From assembly GCA_964016885.1 (NCBI GenBank), contig OZ024755.1, positions 15,872,001-15,936,000 on the forward strand: a stretch of DNA of 64,000 bases. Reading direction: 5' to 3'. Made by a program: the position numbers and the translations under genes. Position 1 is the first letter of the stretch. Every line of letters starts with the position of its first letter. Positions 1-12,590 of this stretch are shown piece by piece. The stretch comes from Eledone cirrhosa (taxonomy: Eukaryota). The notes under the pieces were generated by a model that ran no database searches, had not been told where the DNA came from, and saw only the letters and a program-made list of their open reading frames with translations.

Positions 1-256
1 CTTATCATATTTTTTAATGAAAAACACAAACACTATGATTTACAAATCATTTTTGAAAATAATCAAGATTATGTAGGGATCTAGTAACTTTCTCGTTAAT
101 TCGGTGTTTGAAACATAACGTAACAAATATTCTCACATAAAATTATGATGGAGGGTTTTTAGATAAATATCGAAATTTTTAAATAATCATAACAGCTTGG
201 TATCGAGTAATAGGAAGTGTCGGTCGGTTTCAGGCTGTTCGGTATCAAAAGAGTTA
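1..256. mobile_element. Right part of a non-autonomous DNA transposon (piggyBac-like MITE end)
   Basis: Ends in CGGTATCAAAAGAGTTAA (TTAA-terminated end). Internal CGGTGTTTGAA and TTTTGAAAATAAT blocks recur at 44418-44860, which ends GGTATCAAAGAGG. Confidence 0.4.
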
Positions 257-671
257 AAACACATTCATATGATATGTGATTTTTTATCGTGCTGTATGGT
301 GTTTCAAATAATTTACTTTGTAGATTTTTGTCAGATTCCCGCCAGACATTCTATGTTACAGTCTGTTTAACAGTTAACAATATCTAATCTATACTGACAG
401 CTTAAGGTTTATGTATTTTTGATTGTGTTTTTCTTTTTGGTTCTTCAAATATTTTTCCCCTGAGCTACTCATAAAATGTTGTTCTTACGTTCCAAATATT
501 GATATTACTTTGAGAAATTAGTAATCTTTCTGCAAATTCTATCCTCTAAAATTTACTGACAACCTATACGGTCACTTCTAGATTCTTGAATTTCACTAGA
601 AAATCACGTCTCGCCTTCTTTCTGTCCCTCTGTGTCTCACCATATATACGTGTATGCGTGTCTGTATGTAC

Positions 672-740
<69 letters not shown>

Positions 741-1398
741 CGTATATATATATATATACATATATACATATATACATACATACTTACATACATTCATAAG
801 TACATACATACATACAAACATGTCTACATACATCATTTCCCCTCACTCTATACTATGAGTTAACTTTCCGTTCTCCATCTCATTACCCAGGTCAGTAGGC
901 ATTATATAATGTATAGTGACACCTTAATCGTTGCATGTACGTTGGTACTTAGAGGGGTGTTGGCGGAGACCTACCAATATTTTTCCCTAGAGCAAGTCAA
1001 ATGTTGTCGTTATTTTAAAAGTTAAATGAAATGTATATGTCTCTCTTTCAGAAATTACTCGTCTTTTCGCTAATTATATCTGAAATTGTTTGATTGCAGC
1101 TTCGATCTGATTTTACGAAACCATCTTTACTCTCTTGTTTGTATCGAAATTTCTCTCTTTTACTTCCTTTCTCCCCCCCCCCCCTCTCTCTCCATCGCTA
1201 ATCTCTCTATCTCTATCTCTCTCTTTCACAATCTCTCTCTCTTTCCTTTTTTTCTCTTTCTTTCTCACACTGCCAATTTCCGTTCTCTTACTTTTATTAT
1301 GCATTTCCCTAAGGAGGATGTACAAATCAACAATCTACTTTTTAACAGTGTAATTCATTCCTGCATTACTTTAAGTGTCATAGACATAAGTACATAAG

Positions 1399-1436
<38 letters not shown>

Positions 1437-1439
1437 TGA

Positions 1440-1488
1440 GATTCTACAGGACTAGAACTGTTTCATTCTTTAGAAGTCATCAGGAATC
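1440..1488 (-). ncRNA. Type I hammerhead ribozyme (mirror copy)
   Basis: Reverse complement reads GATTC CTGATGA CTTCTAAAGAAT GAAA CAG TTCTAGTC CTG TA GAATC. Confidence 0.75.
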
Positions 1489-1491
1489 AGA

Positions 1492-1540
1492 GATTCCTGA
1501 TGATTTCTAAAGAATGAAACAGTTCTAGTCTTGTAGAATC
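1492..1540 (+). ncRNA. Type I hammerhead ribozyme
   Basis: Stem I GATTC/GAATC, CTGATGA at 1497-1503, short stem II TTCT/AGAA, GAAA at 1516-1519, stem III CAG/TTG, GUA cleavage triplet. Confidence 0.75.
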
Positions 1541-1678
1541 TCATCTATATTAAAACTTTTATACTCTGCAATGTATTGAGTACCTTACTTACTGTGGTTA
1601 CCTCCGATTCAACCCGGAATAACGTATATATATGTGTTATACTTATATATATATGTGTTATATATATATATATATATG

Positions 1679-1850
1679 TGTTATACTTTGTGAGGGTCAT
1701 GCTGTCAATAAAAACACACGCACCTGTTGGTTTTCACTTCAATTTATTATAAGTTTCCGGTTGGTTGGTTGATTGGTTCGATACCGGAAGTTTGTTTATA
1801 TATTGTCAAAGCTCTTTCGTCACACATTCTGACCCTCCCAAAGTATAACA
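1679..1850. mobile_element. Short element with 21-bp terminal inverted repeats
   Basis: TGTTATACTTTGTGAGGGTCA (1679-1699) pairs with TGACCCTCCCAAAGTATAACA (1830-1850). The same end recurs alone in (TA)n at 29571-29591. Confidence 0.55.
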
Positions 1851-2207
1851 ATATCTGTTTCAACACACGTTTTCTGATAAGAAATCTCGCAAAACAAATT
1901 CAAAAACAAATTATATATATATATATACTACCCTAAGTATTGGTACTCTGGTGCGCTATGGTCCACCTGGTATCTTACCCCTCCTTGTTATTATATATAT
2001 ATATATTCATTTAGTCATTTAGGTTTGTTGGTTCACCACTGGATAGAACTGGTCATTCCGTATGGTCAACCTCGATGTAATATTAGGGAGAGCACTCGAC
2101 GTAATGCACTCGCCCGTCTTCGTTTGTGTTGTTGGTGGTGCGAGTACGGAGTTAATTATTATAAAATAACAGGAGGCTGAACTGGTGTAATTCCTTAAAG
2201 GTTTATT

Positions 2208-2265
2208 ATACTATGAACATTTCAATGACCGGGTTCAGTATGAATCCGGTGATATCATCAGGTAT
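2208..2265 (-). ncRNA. Type I hammerhead ribozyme
   Basis: Minus strand: ATAC CTGATGA [stem II ACCGG.TTCA/TGAA.CCGGT] GAAA TG TT CA TA GTAT. Downstream tail contains GAGTGCTC (2090-2097). Confidence 0.65.
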
Positions 2266-2289
2266 TCGAAATTTATATATATATATATA

Positions 2290-2420
2290 CCAATACTTAA
2301 GGTAGTAGAGAGGATATTAGGAAAAGAGTCAGGATCCCGATGGCCGTGTTGACAGCTAGATCGGATCGAGCTGTTGAAACGGCTGGAGCTCAGTCGTCGT
2401 GGTCCTGACTCTTTTCCTAT
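2290..2420. mobile_element. Fold-back cassette, family C (3-prime half of HHR with GAGCTC loop)
   Basis: AGGAAAAGAGTCAGGA..TCCTGACTCTTTTCCT inverted ends around GAAACGGCTG GAGCT CAGTCGTC. Relatives at 1927, 11461, 15091, 17250 and 40582. Confidence 0.6.
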
Positions 2421-2950
2421 ATATATATATATTTACAGGCACTGTCTTTTGACATATTGTACGTCGACCACATATTCAATATTTCCTTTATGTTATACAC
2501 TGGATTCAAAATCTCTTTAACTATATAAACTATATATTTATGTATTTATGCACATCTAATTTAATAGGAAAAATATTTTCTAAACAAATACAATATCTGT
2601 TATTTTATTGTTTTATTAGGAATCTTTCTATTCTTTTGCGATCTTATTTTCTATTTTCTGTTTATTGATTCCTTTATTTTATTTTATTTGAATCATTTTC
2701 TTTTTTCTTATAATCCTGGAATTTATCAGATTTGCAAACAAAAGCGAATAAGACTTGAAGGGAAAAAGAAAACTTTGGTTTCGTCTTCTTATAATAGATA
2801 CAGTACGCTCTGCGGGAAAGAAATAATCGGAGCAGTATGGCCGCCTCCATTAATAGCGCAATGTGTGTATATTTAAAAGCTTTCTCTCTGTAGAGCGACA
2901 TTACTGTTGAAAACCCGATTGGAAATTATTATACATACAAATTTCAGGAG

Positions 2951-3029
<79 letters not shown>

Positions 3030-3031
3030 TC

Positions 3032-3067
<36 letters not shown>

Positions 3068-3218
3068 TCTCTCTTTCTCAGTCTCTTTGCTTTATTTTAA
3101 TAAACAAATGCTAATAGAGTAGTTATACATATATCTATGTATATGTATATTTCCACACACATATATGTGTGTGGAGATATTATTCACATGCGTCTATCAT
3201 ATATAACTACATATAAAC

Positions 3219-3298
<80 letters not shown>

Positions 3299-3327
3299 AT
3301 ATGTAATACGTTGCAAAACAAATATAC

Positions 3328-3384
<57 letters not shown>

Positions 3385-3715
3385 TATATAGATATATACA
3401 TACACACACACATATATATATATATATATGCGTGTGTGTGTGTGTGTATGTATATGTATATATATTTATATATATATGTGTGTATTAGATGTGTATGTAC
3501 GTTGTACATACATATATGTATGTATATATTTAATAAAAACACAATTTAAAAAAGAATATTAAATATATTTTACATTGACAAGAGAGGAAAAAGTTGATTA
3601 TGAAATTGAAAATATGAAGAAAAACAGCATTAATCCTCGCATCTCGGTATGGCTGTCTTCTTCAGTGTTGTATTGTTGTTGTTGTTGTGTTGTTCTTTAT
3701 GTTTTTATTGTAGTT

Positions 3716-3989
3716 GGAGATGATGATGATGATGACCACGCCGAAGATGATGATTAAGATAATGACGTCGATGATGATCATGGTGATGATGATGATGATG
3801 TTGACGACGACGATGATGATGACGATGATGATGACGATGATGATGATGATGATGATGATGATGACGACGATAATGATGATAATGTTGAGGAGGAGGACGA
3901 TGGTGAAGACGTCGATCAGGAGCAAGAGGAGCAGGAAGAAGAAGAAGAAGAAGAAGAAGAAGAAGAAGAAGAAGAAGAAGAAGAAGAAG

Positions 3990-4032
<43 letters not shown>
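3716..4032. repeat. Compound trinucleotide microsatellite (GAT)n-(GAA)n-(CAA)n
   Basis: Directly visible. Confidence 0.95.
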
Positions 4033-4034
<2 letters not shown>

Positions 4035-4077
4035 TCTCATGGTCATTCGAGACCGAAGGGGGTCTTTACTCTTTACC

Positions 4078-4262
4078 TAGCTCACAGTAATATACAGTGT
4101 GTAGTTAATAGTACTATATAGTGTATGTAGTTAATAGTAATATATAGTGTATAGTTAATAGTAATATACAGTGTATGTAGTTCACAGTAATATACTGTGT
4201 GTAGTTAATATTAATACACAGTGTATAGTTAATAGTAATATTCAGCGTGTAGTTAATAGTAT
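4078..4262. repeat. Minisatellite, about 27-31 bp unit (TAGTTAATAGTAATATACAGTGT...)
   Basis: About six degenerate tandem copies are visible. Confidence 0.8.
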
Positions 4263-4669
4263 TTTCCTATATTGACATAAAGGGTAGATATTTCTAGAGT
4301 ACATGTTCTATCTATTTAGCCCACTAACATAACATATCATGTTTACTACACGAAAAGAAACAAAACGAAAATTACCATATACAATACTATAGACTACAAT
4401 GCAATAAAATTCAATACGATACAATGCTATACACTTTTTGGTACTACTATAATTTATTCAATATACAAAATCTCGCAATGTCATGAAAGGCCATTGACAT
4501 TATTAAAAACGATTGAACAGTATCTAATAAAATCAAAACATACTACTAAAGGGAAAAGAAAAGGTAGAATAAAAAATGAAAAGGAGAAAACGAAAGAAGG
4601 ATAAGGCGGCGAAAGAAATGAAGAAGGGGAAGAGCATACACAACACTCCAGTCTGAACAGTGCCTCAGC

Positions 4670-4985
4670 CATGCCGTGCGGGCAAAATGGCAAAAGCGTT
4701 ACCGCAGAGAATGGTCAGAGACACCCGCTGCAACAGCCCACCCTCACCTCACGGGAGCTCCTTCCTCAAGCGGGCCGCCGTCTTGCCGACTTTATGGAGG
4801 AAATCAGCAGTGCGGGGACCAAGGACGCCAGACGTCGCGACGAAGACCGGTGTAAAGAGGAAGTGATCAGTCAGGCCTTGGTATTTCACTATTTTCCTCT
4901 CCTCCTCATGGGGGGCAGCGGAGCTTGGGTTTGTTGACCAAAGCGACAAAGTTGGAAGCGGAGAACGAGACGCTGCACGTCGTGT
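4670..4985 (-). mobile_element. 3-prime remnant of a non-LTR retrotransposon with restriction-like endonuclease (CRE/Hero-like)
   Basis: Minus frame: AAPHEEERKIVKYQGL..FLFTPVFVATSGVLGPRTADFLHKVG, then past an in-frame TGA LLQRVSLTILCGNAFAIL. This fits the E..K..KY / P..VET.G.WG / QR.S.AIQRGNA pattern. It is a GC-rich island. Confidence 0.7.
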
Positions 4986-5394
4986 ATACCACAATACAAA
5001 GAAATACAACACAATACAAAACTATACGAACCAATACAATACAATAGAGTGCAGTGCAATGTATAGCACATGAATAAGTAAACAGAAAATATCACATATA
5101 TATATTTTAAAAAATACTATATAAAAAATATAAAAAATATCTAAAATATGATTATATAAACATTATTGGATTTTTATCTTGCAAATACGTTGTGAAGAAT
5201 TTTTAGTGCAACGTATAGTGTCTGCTGCCAACTTAGATAATAGTAACATATATTATAAAGAACATATAACGCATAATAATTAGAAAACGTGATGAATTGA
5301 AGACATAAGAAATGCGTATTGAACAGTTCGAGTAAAAGTACAAAGGCACTTTTATCGCGCGCGCGTGTGTGTGTGTGTGTGTGGGTGGGTGGGT

Positions 5395-5463
<69 letters not shown>

Positions 5464-5769
5464 AGTCTCTGTTTCTGCTCGGATATATATATATATATAT
5501 ATGCGTATGTGTATACATATACTCTATATATATGCATGTGTGTGTATGTGTTTCATAAACATATATATATATATATGTATATTTATATTATGTATATATG
5601 TATATGTAAATATGTATATGTATATATATATGTGTGTGTATGTGTGTGTGTGTATGTGTTTCATATATTTTTATATATGTATATCTACTTGTATATTTAT
5701 ATGTATATATATTATATATGTATGTATATATCGGTTTCACGCATATCATACTCATACTTCCGATCGGGT

Positions 5770-6500
5770 AATATTTGTTGAATAAATACATGAAGCTTTA
5801 TTTCAGTAATGCACCACCTCGGCTGGTTATAATTGGTCGAGGTAAGTCATGTGATCGAATTCTGAAATGTCTGACGTGATTTCTATGGTGTAGAAGAAAA
5901 AAGCCGGGCCAAATATGTGATCATCATCAAACGCTTGTTGAATCTGTTTCCCGTACGTTTGAATTGGTATGTCTTGAACAGATGGGGACACGTGGATAAG
6001 ATCTTAGACACCCGATTACGTGGTATAGCTAATATCTGGAACATTTAGTTAAGTATAGACTGTAGTTTAGAGACACTTTAGGTGATGGTGTAGCTTTGCA
6101 GACGATGCTCTATATTTGAATTATTTTTCCTGGAGTTTCCAGGCAAATTGGGACAGGAATGAAGTTTTCCCTAAATGTTGATCTTAAATGAGTGTAGATG
6201 CTGATAACAACGGATTTTGAAAGTAATCGTTGCGATTACCACGTCCAAGAATTTGTCAATGTAGTGTAAAGAATTCTTCAGTTTCAACTTAACTGTTTGT
6301 GTAGGAGTTTCCAAGATTATATTTTTGTTTGTAGTACATGATTTGTGAATGGTTAGCATCGACATTATTGGGATTGAATAATTCGTTCTGTTGATGTGTT
6401 GGTGGAAAATGTCTTGTTATAGACAGAAATGTGTTGGGTAAATTAATAAATATATTCATGTTAAAATGGTGTAGGAACACTTCCTCTATATTAACATCTC
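5770..6500 (-). mobile_element. Decayed Penelope-like element: RT-endonuclease linker and GIY-YIG C-terminal remnant
   Basis: Ordered frameshifted fragments NTFLSITRHFPPTHQQNELFNPNNV, KSCTTNKNII, TFKIRCYQHLHSFK, TSFLSQFAWKL, I*SIVCKATP. These resemble the PLE motifs FL.LI.KHFP..H.L.KIFN.N, FK.RY.NH..SF, LSK..W.LK and I.W.I..KA.PY. Confidence 0.65.
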
Positions 6501-6898
6501 ACAAAATTCACTTTAGCTAGCACATCATATATGTGGTTGCTCTGTTAAAGGTGCCCCTGTTTGAGGATACATGTACGTATAGGGAACAGGTATATTTAGT
6601 GGAAGAAATAAATTGGACAAAACAGAGTAAAAGAGAGGGGAGCAATTTGAGGCGAGTAAGAGATACAGAATTAGAAACAGAGAAATCGAGAAAAAGCTTA
6701 GATGAGTAGAAACGAATGATTGATAGCAACGAAGAGAGAATAAGAGAGTTGGAAAGAGTATGATAGAAAGAGAGAGGAGGAGAAATGGCTAATAAGAGAA
6801 GCAAGCAGACAGACAGAACGATAGAGAGAGCTATATGGATAGAGAGTATATATATATATATATATATATATGGTATATATATATATATATACATATGG

Positions 6899-6939
<41 letters not shown>

Positions 6940-7552
6940 TATATATATATATATGGTATATATATATATATATATATGGTATATATATATATATATATAT
7001 ATGGTATATATATATATATATGGTATATATATATGTATATGGTATATATATAAATATACATACATACATCGCGGTACTATCTACCTATGAGGCATGATGT
7101 AGTGGCCAAAACACTGTACAATGCAATCCGTAGAAAAGATAGCCCCGATAATAAACACATTAAAAGCTACAGCAATGTGGAAGACATCCATATACATAAT
7201 ATGAAAGAGTACTGGTGGATTTAGAGAAAGTAAGAAAGAAAGATGAATTGAATGCTAGGGAGAGATGGCGGGGTAATCATGGTACAGGAGGAAAGGGGTG
7301 TAATTAGTGATTTTAGAAATTATTTCTTTGTCAATGTGAAACAATATTACCCGAAACGTATTATTTCCAATCATGGCGTTAACAATGATTTGTTAAAGAA
7401 AACAAAAATTTAAAGACATTTATTATATTAAATAAATGCCATTTTATCTACTGCACTCTCTTTTTCTCCCTCTCTCTTTCTTTTCTCTCTTTCTATCCAT
7501 TTCTCTCGCTTCCTCTCCATTTATTTCTATATATCAACCCCATCCCTCTATT

Positions 7553-7643
<91 letters not shown>

Positions 7644-7741
7644 ATCTCTATATATGTCTATTTCCATTATTGTATCTCTCTCGCTCCCTATCACTTTATC
7701 ACCTTTTATCTATCTATCTTTATATATATATATATATATAT

Positions 7742-7906
7742 GAAGTAATTCCGTCGGAAAGGTACAGGTAAAAAGAGTGCTCTCTGTAGGTTACAGAGCT
7801 TATTAGTTATGTAATAAACAACATAAGATTATTATTTCATTTACCAGTGGTTTCTTGAAAGCAAATAAATCTACTTGTTTATTAATTTTTTATATATACA
7901 TATATA

Positions 7907-7957
<51 letters not shown>

Positions 7958-7969
7958 ATGTGTATATGT

Positions 7970-8003
<34 letters not shown>

Positions 8004-8242
8004 ATATACTTATATATATATATTCCTCTTTTTTTCTTCTTCGCTCGCCGTTTCATCAGCCTCACTTTCATATTTCTTATATATTTCATATTTCTTTCAT
8101 ATTTCTTATATTTTTGTTTTAAATCCACATTTAATAAAAACACAGGGTTTTTTTCATTCTGACGACTGAAAGCAGATTTATTTGCTTTCAAGAAACCACT
8201 GGTAAATGAAATAATCATCTTATGTTGTTTATTACATAACTA
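7742..8242. mobile_element. Fold-back HHR mini-element, family D, interrupted by microsatellite
   Basis: Inverted arms 7804-7872 and 8174-8242. Tail 7742-7803 with GAGTGCTC. Flanked by (TA)n. Confidence 0.7.
8152..8211 (+). ncRNA. Type I hammerhead ribozyme
   Basis: Stem I TTTCATT/AATGAAA, CTGACGA, stem II TGAAAGCA/TGCTTTCA, GAAA, CC-ACT-GG, GUA. Confidence 0.8.
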
Positions 8243-8368
8243 TATATATATATACATATATATTTGTGTGTGTGTGTGTGTATATATATATACATCTTTT
8301 TATTTCTCTCTTCCTCTCTTCATTTCTCTCCATCTCTCTTTCTCAATCTCCCTCTATCTCACTCTCCA

Positions 8369-8439
<71 letters not shown>

Positions 8440-8807
8440 GTCTCTCTCTCTCTCTCTCTCTTTCTCTATTGTCTCTGTCTTTCTTATCCCCCTCTGAAAT
8501 ATTTCTTAATTCATCTTGCTATATTTCAATGATATATTTTTTCTCTGTTAATAAAATCTAATCGCCTCGTAAATTCCACTAAAGATTTCACATCAAACTA
8601 AATTTATTCTATTGTTTATTTACTCTATATGTATTTATCTATTTACATTTTATTTATTTCTATTCTATTTATTTGTATCAATAAATTACCACATTTTATA
8701 TTCATTCACACACACACTCACACTCACACACACACACTCACACACACTCAAACAGACAGGTAAATATGTATAGGTATGTATGCAAGTATGTATGTATGTA
8801 TGTATGA

Positions 8808-8840
<33 letters not shown>

Positions 8841-8999
8841 TGTATGTATATTTGTATGTATGTATATATTTATGTGTGTATAGATGTATGTATGTATCTA
8901 TGTATGTATGTATGTATGTAAGCATGCACTTATGTTATATGTATATTGGTCGACTGGTACTTGAAGTTCACCAAGCCTAATTTGTCAAATAAAAACATA

Positions 9000-9033
<34 letters not shown>

Positions 9034-9121
9034 TTGTGGTGTATATAATTTCTGGAATTAAAAACAAATGCACAGTACATACATTTATAATTGAACAGCT
9101 GGACTTATATATATATATATT

Positions 9122-9258
<137 letters not shown>

Positions 9259-9454
9259 TTTTTTCTCATGAGTCAGTTCTTTCGTTGCTACGGACCCCGG
9301 CTGACTTACCGGTCGCTGTCTTCATTTTGCAAAACCCTTTAATCTCTATGTTATTACTCTGAGGTCCTGTGCCTTGTCGACTGCTTGGCTGCACTGCTGA
9401 AAGCATTCGTCGGCTTAGCTGAGGCTCTGGCTTCCAATATGCTGACCTTCCATT

Positions 9455-9488
<34 letters not shown>

Positions 9489-9496
<8 letters not shown>

Positions 9497-9859
9497 TTCA
9501 AAATATTAATAAATGAAAAACATTGTCATAATCAAAATATATATTTTATTATACAGATTTCAAAGGTACAATGGTGTTTAAGTACGTGGACTGCCACTAT
9601 TGGAATTGAATAATCAAAACCGTAGCGGTATGTCGCATATCCAATCTCTCATATATTTTATCTGATGAAAACGTACTTAAACACCATTGTACCTTTGAAA
9701 TATGTATAATAAAATATATATTTTGATTATGAGAATATTTTTTCATTTATTAATATTTTGAATAATATTAAATACTCCAGAAAAATTTCTTGTCGAGTGC
9801 TTCTAATCTATTGTAAAATTGTATTCGTTGAATAATCAACGAACCATATAAACTTTGGT

Positions 9860-9860
<1 letters not shown>
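9489..9860 (+). mobile_element. Fold-back HHR mini-element, family B
   Basis: Arms about 9489-9587 and 9671-9770 with an 83-bp spacer. Tail TACTCC..GTCGAGTGCTT. Between (TA)n runs. Confidence 0.75.
9651..9719 (+). ncRNA. Type I hammerhead ribozyme
   Basis: 11-bp stem I ATATATTTTAT/ATAAAATATAT, CTGATGA, stem II AAACGTAC/GTACCTTT, GAAA, TATGTA, UA. Confidence 0.7.
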
Positions 9861-9943
<83 letters not shown>

Positions 9944-10417
9944 ACACATCTTGTAAGACAAATGGATTTATAAAGTGTGTAGTATTATGATCAATAGAAA
10001 ATGGTTAATTATATTTGGTGGACGTAATATAGCGAATGGAGCCGAACTTCGCTTCGCAATCATAATATCCCTTAGTTGGATCCCACTGTGTGACATCTTC
10101 GGCAAATATCAATTACCCCAAGCCTTGAGGTTACCGTGATCTCTTGATGCACTGTCGTCATCTACACTTCTTAATGCTAATTACTCATACTCCCCTTTTC
10201 GTGCTTCTATGAGTTGCATACTAGCCTAGACCCACGCATCTCCTACACATCATATACTTTTCCAAGATAAAAATGCCTTTGTGTCCAAATCCAGCCTTGA
10301 CTTTCTTCAAATTTCACTTTGAATTAATATTAACTGCACATGCGTAGATTCTAGTCTCCCTACTATTCACATTTCCCCTAAACATCAGCAACGAAAATGT
10401 CCAGTTATTCTGGTTCA

Positions 10418-10525
<108 letters not shown>

Positions 10526-11035
10526 AATGCATCTACTTCTACCGTTCTCTAAATTCCTCCAGCCACCACTAATCATATCCCTTCCAGCATCGAGGTCATT
10601 TTACTCACATTATCATTCTCGTTGACTTCAACGCTCAGTACACTTCTTGGCTTTTCCACTCACTCGAAACTCACTCCATCAATACAGAAACTGGATAGTT
10701 TACAAACTTCAGCTCTCTTTATCAACTGGTTTCAACTCTTACGCGTATGACTAATACAAAGACACCTCAAACCCAACTGTCTCTGAACCTATTAAATTTC
10801 GGTCCACTGCCTTATCAGAACTACCTAAATCATATTCATATACTACATAACATGCCCTCATCTTCAGGACCCTATGCTACTTCAAGGTCGAAAGGCTATT
10901 GGGCCGAGTTTCGTTTTCTGCTACCGATCCATAGTAGCAATTTTATGTAATTTCCATTCCATCATCGAAGTTATTTAAGCTTGTCAGTCGAGCTTTATGT
11001 AAAGAACAATATATATTCACACACACACACGCGCG

Positions 11036-11150
<115 letters not shown>

Positions 11151-11170
11151 ATAACAAGATATATATATAT

Positions 11171-11365
11171 ATATTTAATATAGAAATGGCTTCTACAGGA
11201 CTATAACTGTTTTATTCGGGAGAAATCATCAGGAAGCCCATGATTTCTCCCGAATGAAACAGTTCTAGTCCTGTAGAAGCCATTTCTATATTAAATATTT
11301 ATACTCTGCTTTGTATTGAGTACTTTACTTACTGTGGTTACCCCCGATTGAACCCGGGATAAACT
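11171..11365 (+). mobile_element. Fold-back HHR mini-element, family A (diverged copy)
   Basis: Inverted arms spanning 11171-11298. Tail ATACTCTGC..TTGAGTAC..ACTGTGGTTAC..AACCCGG is homologous to 1561-1623. Confidence 0.8.
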
Positions 11366-11379
11366 TATATATATATACA

Positions 11380-11413
<34 letters not shown>

Positions 11414-11814
11414 GATATGTACATGCATATTTTTTTATATACATATTTATATACATATATGGGTCCTGACTTTTTCCTATATATATATATACATTTCCTG
11501 TATGATATTGGTATGTACGTGATTATGGCTACAGGTATACTACATGTGATGCTATATAATTTTATATTGGCGGAAGAAAAACGAAATCGAGAAAGATATC
11601 TCTACTTATATAACTTTATATAGCATAATATCTCTCTCTAAGAACGTCTTGTTGTCTCATTTAAATGGTGTATTTATGATAACCAACGGAACATATTGCC
11701 TATAAAAAGATTTATCAGACAGCTTTACAAATTTAGAATAGCTTGTGTCCAGCCTAGTTACTGATTTAGTGGTAGACAATGATATTGATGAACCGGAAGG
11801 AAGAACCAACGGCG

Positions 11815-11920
11815 AAGACGACGATGGCGCTGACGATGGTCGTGATGATGGTGATGATGGTGATGATGGTGATGATGGTGATGATGGTGATGATGGTGAT
11901 GATGATGATGATGGTGATGG

Positions 11921-11952
<32 letters not shown>

Positions 11953-12273
11953 GTGGTGATGATGATGATGATGATGATGATGGTGGTGATGATGATGATG
12001 ATGATGACGATGATAAGGAGAAGCCTGGTGATGATGGTGATGAGGATGGTTATGATAATGGTGATGATGATGATGATGATGACGATGTCGGTCATGAAGA
12101 TGGTGATAATAATGGTGATGATGATGATGACGATAATAATGGTCATGGTGGTGGTGGTGATGTTGCTGCTCATGATGATGATCATGATGATGATCATGAT
12201 GATGATCATGATGGTGTCGCTAGTGGTGGTTATAATGATGACAATGATGATGATGCTGAAAACGAGGAAGACG

Positions 12274-12323
<50 letters not shown>

Positions 12324-12590
12324 TATCATCATGTTGGTGATGATAATGATGTTGATGGTGATGCTGAAGATGACGATTATGGCGATGTTGACGATAACGA
12401 TGACAACTTTATTGGTGTTTTACTTTCGTTTGTGTTCCTATATCTAAGAATATGGTGATGATGGTGGGGATAACAAAGATGGTGATGGTGATGATGATAA
12501 TGATGAGGAGAAGCGTGATAATGGTGGTGGTGGTGGTGGTGGTGGTGATGGTGGTGGTATTGTTCGTGTTCATGATGATGATGATGATGA
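11815..12590. repeat. (GAT/GGT/CAT)n low-complexity tract
   Basis: Directly visible; open in several frames on both strands. Confidence 0.9.

Larger units (their letters stand above)
1434..1623 (+). mobile_element. Fold-back HHR mini-element, family A (PLE pseudo-LTR-like)
   Basis: Inverted repeat 1434-1488/1492-1546 with a 3-nt spacer, then a unique tail to 1623. Flanked by (TA)n/(GA)n. Homologous copies at 11171 and 37289/38627. Confidence 0.8.

Noticed and set aside
11745-12458. 237-aa Asp/His-rich ORF
   Set aside because: It is a (GAT)n/(CAT)n tract with overlapping ORFs in other frames and no domain or splice evidence.
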